64,000 nt of DNA from an uncultured Sulfolobales archaeon (GCA_938073905.1 CALJEN010000005.1:66667-130666); one strand, 5' to 3'; shown: positions 53,523 to 63,843, counted from the first letter of the stretch. Numbers and translations: made by a program. Notes: generated by a model from the sequence alone, not told the origin.

Positions 53523-53683
53523 AACTGCGGTCGTAGGAGCGGTGGAACCGCTCCACTCTCGGGATTTTCCGCGGATCCGGGACTCGCCTCCTTCAAGCCT
53601 CTACCTTCACTTCGCTGCTGCGTCTTCGAGGTAGAGCGCGAATTCTTTAGCCCTATCCAGACCAGGTTCCCAGGACGAGCGGG

Positions 53684-55222
53684 TTGGGGGACTACAGCGA
53701 CCTCCTTCACGAAGCGGCTTCCACGGCTGTCCTACTAGCAGGAGGAAGCCTCCTCTCGATGGTCATCGCCGGTCTGGGATCCATAGTCCTGGCCAGAGTG
53801 CTGGGGCCCGAGGGCTACGGAGCCTACTCCCTCGTTATGACCGTGCCTGCCTTCCTCATGGTGTTCGTCGACCTGGGTATGGCAACGGCGATGGTGAGGT
53901 ACCTGCCCAGGTACCCGGAGAGGGTTCCCTCCTACGTGAGCCTGGGCATCACCGTAACGGCCCTTGTCGGCATCCTCGTAACCCTGTTGGGGATAGCTGC
54001 GAGCGGTACCCTCTCGAGGGTCATAATCAACAGGCCCGAGTACTCGGACATCGTAGTCCTCTCGATGCCGTTCCTCCTCACGCAGCCCCTCTTCAACATC
54101 ACTAGAGCCTCCCTGGTGGGTATAGGGAGGAGCGCCAAGGCGGCAGCTCTCGAGCCTCTATACAACACGCTCAGGTTCTTCCTCTCCGCAACTCTCTCGG
54201 TAATAATGTTCGTAAGAGGCTCCGTGCTGGGCGTGGTCATCGCGTCTATGGCGAGCTCCGCGGTCGGGCTGACCCTCCTAGCGAAGTCTCTGGGAGGGCT
54301 CAGACTGGGGTTCCGCGCTGGGGACTTCCGCGAGGTAATGCGGTTCTCGGCCCCACTATACGCCGCAGGCCTCCTCGGCTCACTAACTCAGGTGTACACG
54401 GTCCTAGTCCTGTCGAGGTTCTTCACGGACTTCGAGATAGGCAACTATAGAGCAGCCCTCAACCTCTTCTCGGCCATATCCGTCATCACCGTGGCTCCCT
54501 TCTCGACCGCTCTCCTCAGGGTTTTCTCGGGAGCTGGGACTCGGGACATCAAGGGGCTCATCGCAGACTCCATCAGGTACGTGGCCCTCTTCTCGGTACC
54601 ACTGGCCCTGTTCTCCTCGGCAGCCTCGCATGACATAGTCCGAGTGGTCTACGGTCGCAGGTACGTCGAGGCCGACGCTTACTTCAGCATTGCGATCCTG
54701 GCGAACGTCCTGACCCTGCTCGGCTCCCACGCTCTCGAGCCGGCCCTAGGAGCCATGGGCATGACCAAGCTAGTCCTGCTCTCGGGGCTCGTCGGATCGT
54801 CGATCTACGTCCCGACACTCTACGCTCTCTCCAGAGCCGCCGGGCTTTACGGTGCGGTATCCTCCTACCTAATCCTCCTAGCCGCAACGACTCTAGCGCG
54901 GCTCTACCTGCTGAGGAAATACGCGGACTCCCCTCTGGACGCTGGGTTCTCGGTGAAGGTTCTCGGCTCGGCTGTTCTACCCTCCCTCGCGGTACTGACG
55001 ATGGGGAGGGGGCAGGGGTTCGCGGACTCCCTGCTCCTCCTTGTAGCCAAGTTCGCCGTCTTCCTAGCAGTCTACATAGCGCTCCTGGTAGCCTCGAGGG
55101 CCATAACGGAGAGGGACATCGGCAGGCTCTCCGCTCTCTCGCGAAGCCTGGGCCCGCTCTCCGGGCCCGTTAGCGTAGTCCTGAGGTACGCTGCCTTATT
55201 AGTTAGGCTGCTCCAGGGGTAA
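53684..55222 (+). CDS. MOP-superfamily polysaccharide/oligosaccharide flippase (Wzx/RfbX-like)
   Basis: About 14 TM segments, 512 aa, with the typical Polysacc_synt topology. TTG start lies about 32 nt after a TTCTTTAG box. Confidence 0.7.
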   Translation: MGDYSDLLHEAASTAVLLAGGSLLSMVIAGLGSIVLARVLGPEGYGAYSLVMTVPAFLMVFVDLGMATAMVRYLPRYPERVPSYVSLGITVTALVGILVTLLGIAASGTLSRVIINRPEYSDIVVLSMPFLLTQPLFNITRASLVGIGRSAKAAALEPLYNTLRFFLSATLSVIMFVRGSVLGVVIASMASSAVGLTLLAKSLGGLRLGFRAGDFREVMRFSAPLYAAGLLGSLTQVYTVLVLSRFFTDFEIGNYRAALNLFSAISVITVAPFSTALLRVFSGAGTRDIKGLIADSIRYVALFSVPLALFSSAASHDIVRVVYGRRYVEADAYFSIAILANVLTLLGSHALEPALGAMGMTKLVLLSGLVGSSIYVPTLYALSRAAGLYGAVSSYLILLAATTLARLYLLRKYADSPLDAGFSVKVLGSAVLPSLAVLTMGRGQGFADSLLLLVAKFAVFLAVYIALLVASRAITERDIGRLSALSRSLGPLSGPVSVVLRYAALLVRLLQG

Positions 55223-55233
55223 GGAGAGGGGAG

Positions 55234-55470
55234 TTGTGGTTCGCCCACGCGACCGGTCCCCTAGGGACGTACGTGAGAACGAGGTGGGCATACATAGTGG
55301 ACCTGGAGGAATGCTCCGGGGAGACCAACACGGGCGGGAGCCCGCTGGTCAGCCTTAGCAAGGACAGCGTGGAGGACGTCATGGCCGTCTCCTACCTAGA
55401 CCCAGACATGGTGGATCTCCTCAGGAGTTCCGAGGTAGAGAGCGTTTGCGTGTATTTCTACGGGAGGTGA
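55234..55470 (+). CDS. Small hypothetical protein
   Basis: A 78-codon ORF in which all four Arg codons are AGR and third-position G+C is high, which supports coding. Confidence 0.35.
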   Translation: MWFAHATGPLGTYVRTRWAYIVDLEECSGETNTGGSPLVSLSKDSVEDVMAVSYLDPDMVDLLRSSEVESVCVYFYGR

Positions 55471-55478
55471 GCCCGACT

Positions 55479-56096
55479 TCAGGAGGGGAGGGCCAGGTGC
55501 GGTCTTAGCGACTGGAGCGCTGCGGACACCCTCGACCTGGCGCTGCGGAGCACCTCGTCTGCCAGGTTCCGCCCGCTAGCGTCTATGCTCACTATCAGGG
55601 GCCCGAACTCCCTCACCCTCAGCACCCAGAGGGCCTCCGGGATGCCCAGGTCTAGCCACTCGACCCCAATGACCTCCTCCACGGCGGAGGCTCCGAGAGC
55701 GCCGCAGCCTCCGGGGAAGACCGCGTAGACCGCTCCGTGCTTCCCGCAGGCCTCGGCCGTCCTGCCGCCCATACCACCCTTGCCTATCACAATCTTAACC
55801 CCTGTTCTCTCGATCAGCTCGCTCTCGTAGTACTCCATCCTCCTGCTGGTCGTCGGGCCTAGGGACAGACAGAGCCACCTCGACTCCGATCTGACCATGA
55901 CGGGACCCGCGTGGAGTATGGCTAGACCTCTGAGGTCGACGGGAAGAGGGACTCCGCCTCTCAGGTACCTCTCGTGGGCAGCGTCTCTCATAGTGACCAC
56001 GACTCCGCTGACGTAGAACACGTCGCCTACCCTCAGTCTCGATACGACCTCGCTCGTAGTCGGGAGGTGGACCACCGTTCTACCCAAGCTCGGCAC
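55479..56096 (-). CDS. Class I (Fe-S) fumarate/tartrate hydratase, beta subunit
   Basis: Shows GKGGMG and the GPTTS-like block, typical of the Fe-S hydro-lyase beta region. It overlaps the alpha subunit gene by 17 nt. Confidence 0.85.
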   Translation of the reverse strand: MPSLGRTVVHLPTTSEVVSRLRVGDVFYVSGVVVTMRDAAHERYLRGGVPLPVDLRGLAILHAGPVMVRSESRWLCLSLGPTTSRRMEYYESELIERTGVKIVIGKGGMGGRTAEACGKHGAVYAVFPGGCGALGASAVEEVIGVEWLDLGIPEALWVLRVREFGPLIVSIDASGRNLADEVLRSARSRVSAALQSLRPHLALPS

Positions 56097-56946
56097 CCCT
56101 GTGGCTCAGCACCCGATAGCTCAGGTCAGAGTATATCCTGAGCCACCCCCTCCTGAGGGCCCAGCACGCGGTGCTCACCCCGACGGCTAGGGTGGCCGGG
56201 TGCCTCCCGGCGTACTCCACGTGAACCGCGAGCGCGGTGACCCTGCCGCCGAGACCTTGGGGACCTATCCCGAGCCCGTTTATCGCTTCCGCGAGCTTCT
56301 CCTCCAGCAGCGCTGCCCGGGGGTCGGGGTTCCTCGAGCCGACCTCCCTGAGGAGGGCCCTCTTGGAGAGGGTGGCTGCTACCTCGACCGTCGGGCCTAT
56401 GCCGATCCCTACGACAAGCGGTGGACACGCCGGCGGACCGTACTCGGCAACGGTGCTCAGGACGAGCTCGGCTACCCCCTCGAGCCCCTGCGCCGGGTCC
56501 AAGACTCTCGCGAAGCCGGGCCTGCTGGACCCGCCCCCCGCCAGGTAGAGTCTGACGTCAGCGTAGTCGGCACCTGGGAGCACCTCCACGTCCACCCACG
56601 GTACGTAGGGCCCCGTGTTGTCCCCGGTGTTCCTGTTCGTGAGCGGGTCGACCACGTTCGGCCTCAGGAAGCCCTCCCTCGTAGCCCTCGCTGTGGCATC
56701 CCTTACGGCCCTGAGCAGGGCTGCCCCGTATGGAAAAGCTTCCCCCAGGCCCACGAAGAACTCCAGCACCCCCGTGTCCTGGCAGAGCGGGACCCTCCTC
56801 CTCAGCGCCACCTCGAGGTTCTCGAACATCGCGTTGTAAATGAGCCTGGCGTGCGCGGACTCCTCGAGCTCGGAGGCTCTCAGTAGCGCGGGGAGAACGT
56901 CGTCGGGTAGCCTGACAGACACTAGGGACACGAACCTGGAGAGCAT
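56080..56946 (-). CDS. Class I (Fe-S) fumarate/tartrate hydratase, alpha subunit
   Basis: The PLCQDTG motif lies 55 aa after ATG 56946. An alternative start is GTG 56994, 23 nt after a TCTATAAG box. The ORF-track extension to 57210 overlaps the divergent SWIM gene. Confidence 0.85.
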   Translation of the reverse strand: MLSRFVSLVSVRLPDDVLPALLRASELEESAHARLIYNAMFENLEVALRRRVPLCQDTGVLEFFVGLGEAFPYGAALLRAVRDATARATREGFLRPNVVDPLTNRNTGDNTGPYVPWVDVEVLPGADYADVRLYLAGGGSSRPGFARVLDPAQGLEGVAELVLSTVAEYGPPACPPLVVGIGIGPTVEVAATLSKRALLREVGSRNPDPRAALLEEKLAEAINGLGIGPQGLGGRVTALAVHVEYAGRHPATLAVGVSTACWALRRGWLRIYSDLSYRVLSHRGAELG

Positions 56947-57160
56947 CTCGACGAGCCTCTCGTAGACGGACGCACCGGACTCCAGAGCGATCACCCGATG
57001 GGGAGAGTCGTCGGACTTATAGACTTCAAGCGTTCGGCTGCGCCGACCAAACAGCTCTCTCCGTCCGTACAGAGTGCGTTGCTGAAACTCGCGGAGGACG
57101 ATAGCCCGGTGGATGGAGAACACATAATAGTCCTGGAGGGAGGTATTCTGTGAAGGCTCT

Positions 57161-57631
57161 GTGAAGGCGATGGCTAAGCGGGACAAGAGCGTCGTCGGGG
57201 AGTTCGTCACCAGCGTCCTGGAGCACCCTCCCGAGAGAGCCCTCGAGGCCCTCTCGGAGAGACGCGTGGTGAAGCTCCGCTGCCGGAAGAACGAGAGCTT
57301 CGTCGAGCTCTACGCGTTCTGCGGAAAGGAAAGGAGCTACATGATGATACCGAGGACATTCTGCGGGTGCAAGGACTTCGAGCTGAACGTCGTGCTGAGG
57401 GGGCTCAGGGGATCGTGCTACCACCTAGTAGCCCTCGAGCTGGCAGCGAGCCGGGGCAGGCTCAGGATCGTCGAGGTGGACTGCGATACCCTCGGTGCCG
57501 TGGCGCTCGAGCTGCTGCTCGGGGAGGACTCCCCGACCCTGAGGAGGGTCGTGCGGACCCCACCGCCTGCTAACAGTGGCGGAAACCTCCCGGATCGCTC
57601 CGGTGACGAAGGGCGGGGGGTATCCGAGTAG
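57161..57631 (+). CDS. SWIM-type zinc-finger protein
   Basis: FCGCKDFELNVVLRGLRGSCYHLVAL matches the CxCx(n)CxH SWIM signature. Confidence 0.6.
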   Translation: MKAMAKRDKSVVGEFVTSVLEHPPERALEALSERRVVKLRCRKNESFVELYAFCGKERSYMMIPRTFCGCKDFELNVVLRGLRGSCYHLVALELAASRGRLRIVEVDCDTLGAVALELLLGEDSPTLRRVVRTPPPANSGGNLPDRSGDEGRGVSE

Positions 57632-57767
57632 GGCTCCGGATATCCGACAGAATCCTCAAAGATAGCGAGTTCCGATGATGGCTGATAGGAACGTGGTGCC
57701 GCTCCCTGGAGAGGCAGTGAAAGAGGCTCGGTACTGGAGGCTGTGTCCTGCCGATGGTAACGAAAGC

Positions 57768-58775
57768 TTAAGAAGCTACCGCAAGCTTCCTAGGATGTTT
57801 GGGAGCGACCACTACACCGTCGATAGGTTTCCCCTGCAGGTAGTTGATTACGGCCTCTACGACGGCCTCGTCCATGCCCGCTAAGGCTTCGTATGTGTAT
57901 GCGGCGATGTGCGGAGTCACTATCACGTTTGGGCATTTCAGCAACATGTGGTCCGCACCTATGGGCTCCCCCTCCACCACGTCAAGCGCTGCGGCCGCCA
58001 CCACGCCATTCTCCAGGTACTTACAAAGAGCAGCAGCGTCGATGAGCTCCCCCCTCGCGGTGTTCACTATTATTACACCCCTCTTCATCTTCTCGAAGAC
58101 CCTCTCGTCGAACATGTGGTAGTTTTCGCCCGTATAGGCCGAGTGGATGGTTATGACGTCGCTGAGCCTAGCGATGTCCTCGAGCCTTTCTGAGTAGACG
58201 TACCCCCGCTTCTCTACCTCTTCCTTGTTCACGTAGGGATCGTAGACGACTATCCTAGAGCCGAAGCCCCTCGATAGGATCTCGGCAACTCTCGAGCCTA
58301 TGTTGCCAAAGCCGACCACACCCACGGTCAGCGAGCTGAGCTCCTTGCCCACGAACCTGGCTCTCTCGTGCCACCCGCCACGCCTGACCGCTTCGTGAGA
58401 GGCCACGACGTGTCTCAGTGCCGAGAGGAGTAGAGCTACCGCATGCTCCGCGACGGCCTCCCTCTCTCTCCAGCCCGGGACCCTCGCGACGTAGACCCCG
58501 TGCTCCTCGGCGGCCCTCACATCGATGTTATCGTATCCTATTCCGTGCCTAACTATCAGGAGGACGTCGCGGTTGCACTCGAAGAACTCCCTATCGTAGA
58601 CCGGTGTGACGCTGGCCACTACGATGTGGAACCCAGCGAGCTTCTCAGCGAGTTCCCTGCCTCTCGAGTCCTTCGGGACCTCTATCCTCTCTACGTGACC
58701 CACCCGCTTGAGCCTCTCCACGGCATCGGTATATACACCGAACGACTTCGAGTTGACTATCGCGATCCTGATCAT
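57768..58775 (-). CDS. D-isomer-specific 2-hydroxyacid dehydrogenase (glyoxylate/hydroxypyruvate reductase-like)
   Basis: The NAD motif is VGVVGFGNIGSRVA and the catalytic region is TPHIAAYT. Confidence 0.9.
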   Translation of the reverse strand: MIRIAIVNSKSFGVYTDAVERLKRVGHVERIEVPKDSRGRELAEKLAGFHIVVASVTPVYDREFFECNRDVLLIVRHGIGYDNIDVRAAEEHGVYVARVPGWREREAVAEHAVALLLSALRHVVASHEAVRRGGWHERARFVGKELSSLTVGVVGFGNIGSRVAEILSRGFGSRIVVYDPYVNKEEVEKRGYVYSERLEDIARLSDVITIHSAYTGENYHMFDERVFEKMKRGVIIVNTARGELIDAAALCKYLENGVVAAAALDVVEGEPIGADHMLLKCPNVIVTPHIAAYTYEALAGMDEAVVEAVINYLQGKPIDGVVVAPKHPRKLAVAS

Positions 58776-58776
58776 G

Positions 58777-59679
58777 TTAGCTGCCCCGGAGCTCCCGCAG
58801 TAGCTCGCTTAGGAAGCCTTTCGCCTCGCTCAACACCTTTGGGTCAAAGTCGTGAACCATCTGGACGGGGGGATAGCCCGGGTCGACGTTCCTCACTCTC
58901 ATCAACTCTCTGAGAGCCTCCTGCGTCTCCGAGGTCAGCCTCCCCAGGTACCTCCTCAGCGCGCTGATCCTGTGCTGGAGCTCCAGCGCCTCACCTATCT
59001 TCCCCTCCTCGATCTTTTTGTGTAGCGATACCGCGAGCTCGGGAACGACGTTGGAGACCGCGCACACGTGGGCGTGAGCCCCCACCACGAACGTGTAAAA
59101 GAGGAGCTCGTCCCCCGCTCCAGCAACGAAGTACTTATCGGAGAACCTCTTGACCAACTCCAGCAGCTGGTCCGGGTCCTTGCTAGCGTCCTTTATCCCG
59201 ATAACCCGGGCGGAGCTCGCGACGGCCTGAAAGTCGTCGGGAGATATGTTGTACCCTTGCCTGTTCTTATTGTTGTATACCACTATGTCGAGATCCGTTT
59301 TTGACGACACCTCCCAGAAGAACTCAACGAGCCCCCTTCTAGAGGGCTTATGAAATATGGGGGCTATCAGGCTCACCTCTCGGTAGCCGCAGTCCTTCGC
59401 AGCCCTCGACAGCTCCAGCACCACATCGAGGGAGGCCCCACCAACGTGGGGTAGCAGATACATTCCACTCGGGGCATACTCCATAGCCTTCTCGTAGACT
59501 CTCATCCTCACCCTAGAGGGCAGAATCACGCCCTCACCGGCCGTCCCCGTGAGATAGAGTCCGCGTACCCCGGCCGAGGCCTGGAACTCTATGATGTTTT
59601 TGAGGCAGTCCTCGCACAGAGACCCGTCCCTGTTCAGGGGGGTTACGATCGCAGTGATGATCCCTCTTCTGTACGACAC
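58777..59679 (-). CDS. DapA-family aldolase, probable 2-keto-3-deoxy-(phospho)gluconate/sugar-acid aldolase
   Basis: Shows GIITAIVTPL and LYLTGTAGEG. GTG 59679 lies 32 nt after a TTTTATAG box. The gene sits between a sugar kinase and a dehydrogenase. Confidence 0.75.
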   Translation of the reverse strand: MSYRRGIITAIVTPLNRDGSLCEDCLKNIIEFQASAGVRGLYLTGTAGEGVILPSRVRMRVYEKAMEYAPSGMYLLPHVGGASLDVVLELSRAAKDCGYREVSLIAPIFHKPSRRGLVEFFWEVSSKTDLDIVVYNNKNRQGYNISPDDFQAVASSARVIGIKDASKDPDQLLELVKRFSDKYFVAGAGDELLFYTFVVGAHAHVCAVSNVVPELAVSLHKKIEEGKIGEALELQHRISALRRYLGRLTSETQEALRELMRVRNVDPGYPPVQMVHDFDPKVLSEAKGFLSELLRELRGS

Positions 59680-59710
59680 GGAGCTAGCACCAGGTTTGCT
59701 GGGGACTAGA

Positions 59711-59718
59711 CTATAAAA
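59711..59718 (-). promoter_or_regulatory. TATA box (TTTTATAG on the - strand) for the aldolase-dehydrogenase genes
   Basis: An A/T-rich island 32 nt upstream of GTG 59679. Confidence 0.5.
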
Positions 59719-59749
59719 TCTATCCGTAAAACCTATTTTATCGCGGATG

Positions 59750-61231
59750 TTATAAACGCCATGCATAGATGTCTCGCAGGTACCTCGTAAACCTCTCTCT
59801 CAGCTTCAGGTACAGACCCTCCAGCTCCTTCCTAGGAGCCACCCTGGTGAACCGCGGAGAACTCTCTATACGGCTCTTCGCGAGCCTGGCTAACGGAGGG
59901 TCGAGCCGCTCTAGCCCCATCAAGGCGTTCCCCACGTGTCCGACGTCCGGCACTTCCGGGACCGTCGTGGTCACCGATAGTACGTTCGCTATTATGTAAG
60001 GCATCACGCCGAGGGTCGCAGCCTTTCCCGCCAGCCTCACCTCGTCTATCCGGATGCCCTTCTCCTTCATTGCCTCGGCGATTAGGCTCAGAACGAACAC
60101 TATACCCTCCGCGGTGGCAAGCAGTACGTCCTCTCGTCCGTGGTCGGGCCTCAGCCCTACGGCGGAGACTCCCAAGCTCGTATCGAGCCCGGGAATCCTC
60201 TCGGGATACAGAAGCGGGATTACGATGGGTCTCTCCTCCGCTAAGCGCGCATCGAGCGATAGCCTGGACAGCGCCTCCGGAAGGCCTCGCGTATCGATGC
60301 CGAGCATTCCTCCGATGTATTCTAGAACTACTCCAGCGTTGCTTATGCCTCCACCGGGAATCCAGACGTTCCTGTAGAGGTAGTAGGTCTGGAACCTCAT
60401 CAGCTCCGGGTCATCGATTATCGGGGACCCATGCGTTGCCCTCACCATTCCGCTGGTGCCCATGTTCACTACAGCGATGTTGCTCCGACCCCCGGAGAGC
60501 GCGTAGATCATCGAGCCCCCGTCGTAGAGCCCGAGCACTACTGGGGTTCCCGGGTCTACGCCTGTGGCGCTAGCAACTCGCGGGTTGACTCGGTCGACGT
60601 AGTCTCCCTCCGCGACCTCCGGGAGGAGAGATTCCTCCAGCCCCGCCAGGTCTAGGAGAAAATCGTCCCACTTGAGAGTTCGTATGTTGAGTAGTTGGTA
60701 TGTTCCGCTAGCAGTCGAGTAGTCCGTTATGGGGTAACCGACGAGGTGATTCGCTATGAACGATTTCGAGTCTAAGAGCTTTGCCTCTCCGCTGAAGAGC
60801 TCGGGCCTCCTCTTCTTCAGGAACAGAGCCTTGGGTAGTGTGTAGATATGCAAGGGAGGGCAGCCAGATCTACGGTATATCTCTTCGTAGAAGGGCCTCA
60901 GCCCTTCCAGGGCATCCCTGGATCGCTCGTCGAGCCACGTAATTATCCGGGTAACGTACTTCCCGCTCTTCGTAGCTACTACGGAGAACAGGTACGACGA
61001 AACCGCTATGTAGTCGGGCTTCCCGTAGCTCTTTACGAGGTGAGCAATCATTTCCTCTACGGTCTTCAGCACGCGCTCGGGGTCGTGCTCGTGGGCTCCC
61101 CGCTCCTCGCTTATTGCCGTCTGCCTGACGTTGACTGTCTCCAGGAACGAGAGCTCTCCCGAGCTCTCGTCGACGTCGATCAGAGCACCCTTTATATTCG
61201 TAGTCCCCACGTCTACCGATAAGACTTTCAT
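59750..61231 (-). CDS. FGGY-family carbohydrate kinase
   Basis: The N-terminus LSVDVGTTNIKGALID is the FGGY phosphate-1 motif. Length is 493 aa. Confidence 0.85.
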   Translation of the reverse strand: MKVLSVDVGTTNIKGALIDVDESSGELSFLETVNVRQTAISEERGAHEHDPERVLKTVEEMIAHLVKSYGKPDYIAVSSYLFSVVATKSGKYVTRIITWLDERSRDALEGLRPFYEEIYRRSGCPPLHIYTLPKALFLKKRRPELFSGEAKLLDSKSFIANHLVGYPITDYSTASGTYQLLNIRTLKWDDFLLDLAGLEESLLPEVAEGDYVDRVNPRVASATGVDPGTPVVLGLYDGGSMIYALSGGRSNIAVVNMGTSGMVRATHGSPIIDDPELMRFQTYYLYRNVWIPGGGISNAGVVLEYIGGMLGIDTRGLPEALSRLSLDARLAEERPIVIPLLYPERIPGLDTSLGVSAVGLRPDHGREDVLLATAEGIVFVLSLIAEAMKEKGIRIDEVRLAGKAATLGVMPYIIANVLSVTTTVPEVPDVGHVGNALMGLERLDPPLARLAKSRIESSPRFTRVAPRKELEGLYLKLRERFTRYLRDIYAWRL

Positions 61232-61271
61232 GGAGAGTCAACCCCGCGCCGAGCCCTCCCGAGGTTCGGAC

Positions 61272-61931
61272 CTAGGCCTCGAGCAGACTCCTGACGAGCT
61301 TTTCGACGGCCTTCCTCACCGTCAAGCTCGCCGTGGGTTTCGCTATGTGCAGCATACGAGCTAGCTCGCCCAAGTCCGCCCTCCTGCGCGAAGATAGGTA
61401 GCCGCTCTGGTACGCTTTCGTCAGAACCTGCATTTCGCGCTCGGTCAGCTGCGATAGCAGGAGGTTCTTCACGAGCGCGTTCATCTGTCCCCTGACGCAC
61501 TCGTCGACCCGGCTCGCTCGATAGACTACGTTCCTGCTTCCGTAGGAGCTCCGCAGGTTGTCTAGGTACCTCTCCAGCTTTTCCTCCCTTCCGAAGACGC
61601 AGAAGCTCCTGCGCCCGTCGTATATTCTATAGGGGATTGAGATCATCACGTCATAGGTCTCCAGCAACTCGTAGAACTCGCACCTCTCCTTCAGGACTAC
61701 GATGTACGTCCCCCCAGGGGTCAACGATCTCGCCACCCTTATTTCCAGGATCTTGTTCTTTTCGTGCCTCACGACGTTGTAAATCTCCTCCCTACTGATG
61801 GCCTTGGGCAAGTAGCCTATAGTGAGATACAGCTGCTCATATGGGTACACGAAAAGCTCCGCAGAGCTCTTCACGCTTCTGCTGAGCTTGGCGAAGAAGC
61901 TCTGGGAAGTCGAGAGCGTAGCTATCTCCAC
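61272..61931 (-). CDS. Transcriptional regulator with a C-terminal HTH_10 (Bat-type) domain
   Basis: LTEREMQVLTKAYQSGYLSSRRRADLGELARMLHIAKPTASLTVRKAVEKL is the HTH_10 pattern. Confidence 0.6.
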   Translation of the reverse strand: MEIATLSTSQSFFAKLSRSVKSSAELFVYPYEQLYLTIGYLPKAISREEIYNVVRHEKNKILEIRVARSLTPGGTYIVVLKERCEFYELLETYDVMISIPYRIYDGRRSFCVFGREEKLERYLDNLRSSYGSRNVVYRASRVDECVRGQMNALVKNLLLSQLTEREMQVLTKAYQSGYLSSRRRADLGELARMLHIAKPTASLTVRKAVEKLVRSLLEA

Positions 61932-62088
61932 AGCCCGTATCCTGTTAGGCAGGGAGCGCGCACCCGGGTTTAGTGCCGGCTCGGGTCTTTATATCTCTGC
62001 GCATCCGCTCAAGAGGGAAAACAAGATAAAACAAGTTTTATAACGATATCTTAAACCGTTGAAGCACGACTTATTCCTGGCGAGAGAC

Positions 62089-63012
62089 ATGAGCGTCCTG
62101 GTGACAGGAGGCGGTGGGTTTATAGGGAGGTTCCTAGTCGCCGAGCTCGTTAAAAGAGGCTACCACGTCGTGGTCGTCGACAGGACGCCATCACCGTTCA
62201 AGGAAACCCCGAAAATCAGCTACTACTTAGCGGACATTACTGCCTCCCTTGCGGTGAACAAGATCATGGCCAAACACAGGCCCTCGATGGTGATACATTT
62301 AGCGGCCATGCTCGCCGACGCGTGCGAGCTCGACCCGCTCGCCGCGACTAGGGTGAATATAGAGAGCACCCACAACCTGATCGAGCTATCGATAACCCAC
62401 GGAGTCGAGAGGTTCGTTTTCATGAGCTCCGCCTCCGTATACCATCCCGATACCCCGGAGCCCGTAAGGGAGGAGGATGCCGGTAGGCCGATCTCGTACT
62501 ACGGCGTCACGAAGTACGCCGGCGAGCTCATCGGCATGTGGTACGCAAGGAGGGGGCTGGTAGACTTCAGAGCGCTGAGGCCGACCGTGGTGTTCGGCCC
62601 CGGGAGGTTCGGAGGGCCCTCGGCGGAGTACTCGAGCCTCGTCTTGGAAAGAGCTCTCCAGGGAAAGAAGGTGATAGTTAAGAACCCTGAGGACAGGGTG
62701 AACTATATCTACGTGAGGGACACGGTCGACGCCCTCGTTCGCCTCGCGGAGGCCGAGAGAGCGCCCTCGCGTATCTATAACGCGGACGGCTTCGTCAGCA
62801 AAGTGATAGACTTCGTCCTGCTCGTAAAGAGACACATACCTTCCCTAGAGTACGAGGTGACACCGCAGCAGACCGTGAGGTACCCCGCCGTGGTCGACGG
62901 CACGAGGATCAGGTCCGAGCTGGGGTGGACACCCAGGTACCTCTACGAGAAAGCCATCGAGGACTACGTGGAGACCGTCAGGAAGGGAGAGGAGCTCTTT
63001 AGCATATACTGA
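62089..63012 (+). CDS. NAD-dependent epimerase/dehydratase (extended SDR)
   Basis: MSVLVTGGGGFIGRFL is the Rossmann motif at the N-terminus, and YGVTK is YxxxK. The start was trimmed from TTG 62059 to ATG 62089. Confidence 0.85.
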   Translation: MSVLVTGGGGFIGRFLVAELVKRGYHVVVVDRTPSPFKETPKISYYLADITASLAVNKIMAKHRPSMVIHLAAMLADACELDPLAATRVNIESTHNLIELSITHGVERFVFMSSASVYHPDTPEPVREEDAGRPISYYGVTKYAGELIGMWYARRGLVDFRALRPTVVFGPGRFGGPSAEYSSLVLERALQGKKVIVKNPEDRVNYIYVRDTVDALVRLAEAERAPSRIYNADGFVSKVIDFVLLVKRHIPSLEYEVTPQQTVRYPAVVDGTRIRSELGWTPRYLYEKAIEDYVETVRKGEELFSIY

Positions 63013-63027
63013 AGGGGGGTAGCCGCC

Positions 63028-63828
63028 GTGCTGAGCCTCTCGGGCAAGGCCGCTCTCGTGACCGGCGGCGCGAAAGGAATAGGACTGGAGATCTCGCTCT
63101 CGCTAGCTCGCCACGGTGCGGACGTCGCGGTCATCGACAAGAGCGAGGAGGCACTCGTTCAGGCGGTGAGAGACATTGAGAGGTTCAATGTGAGGGGACT
63201 AGGGGTAGTAGCTGACGCCACCAGGAAAGCGGACGTCGATAGAGCTGTGGAGAGGGTGGTGAGCGAGCTCGGCAAGATCGACATACTGGTGAACAACGTA
63301 GGGGCTTACCCGAGGAAGCCTTTCCTGGAAATGACTGAGGAGTTCTGGACCGAGATGATCAACCTGAACCTGACGAGCATGTTCTTGGTCTCGAGAAGTG
63401 TCGTGCCCCACATGATCGCGAGGAGGTACGGGAGGATCATCAACATATCCTCGATAACGGGCCTCTATCACGGAGTACCCGCGCTGGTGCACTACGGCGC
63501 CGCAAAGGCCGGCGTTGTGGGATTCACCAAGTGCCTGGCCGCCGAGCTCGCCCCCTATAACGTGACCGTGAACGCCATCGCTCCGGGCCCTATATTGACT
63601 CCTGGCGTGGAGTCGATATGGAGCAAGGAAGACATAAAGCTGCAGGAAGCGATAAACCCCCTCAAGCGCTTCGGGCTCCCGAGGGACGTCGCTAACGCCG
63701 TCGTCTTCTTGGCCAGCGATTATGCTGAGTTCATAACGGGCCAGGTGATAGTGGTAGACGGCGGACTTACGTTCGTTAACCCAAGGCTATCCGTCAAGGA
63801 GGTTCTAAGGTCCAGCGGAGCCGGTTAA
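63028..63828 (+). CDS. Classical short-chain dehydrogenase/reductase (KduD / glucose-dehydrogenase-like)
   Basis: Shows TGGAKGIG, NNVG and YGAAK motifs. Confidence 0.9.
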   Translation: MLSLSGKAALVTGGAKGIGLEISLSLARHGADVAVIDKSEEALVQAVRDIERFNVRGLGVVADATRKADVDRAVERVVSELGKIDILVNNVGAYPRKPFLEMTEEFWTEMINLNLTSMFLVSRSVVPHMIARRYGRIINISSITGLYHGVPALVHYGAAKAGVVGFTKCLAAELAPYNVTVNAIAPGPILTPGVESIWSKEDIKLQEAINPLKRFGLPRDVANAVVFLASDYAEFITGQVIVVDGGLTFVNPRLSVKEVLRSSGAG

Positions 63829-63843
63829 AAAAAAGCTTTCATT

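Noticed and set aside
53536-53554. The perfect hairpin GGAGCGGU-GGA-ACCGCUCC as another fragment of the repeated element (it shares GGUGGAAC)
   Set aside because: Only about 8 nt are shared. It sits 14 nt after a stop codon and is more simply read as a 3'-end hairpin.
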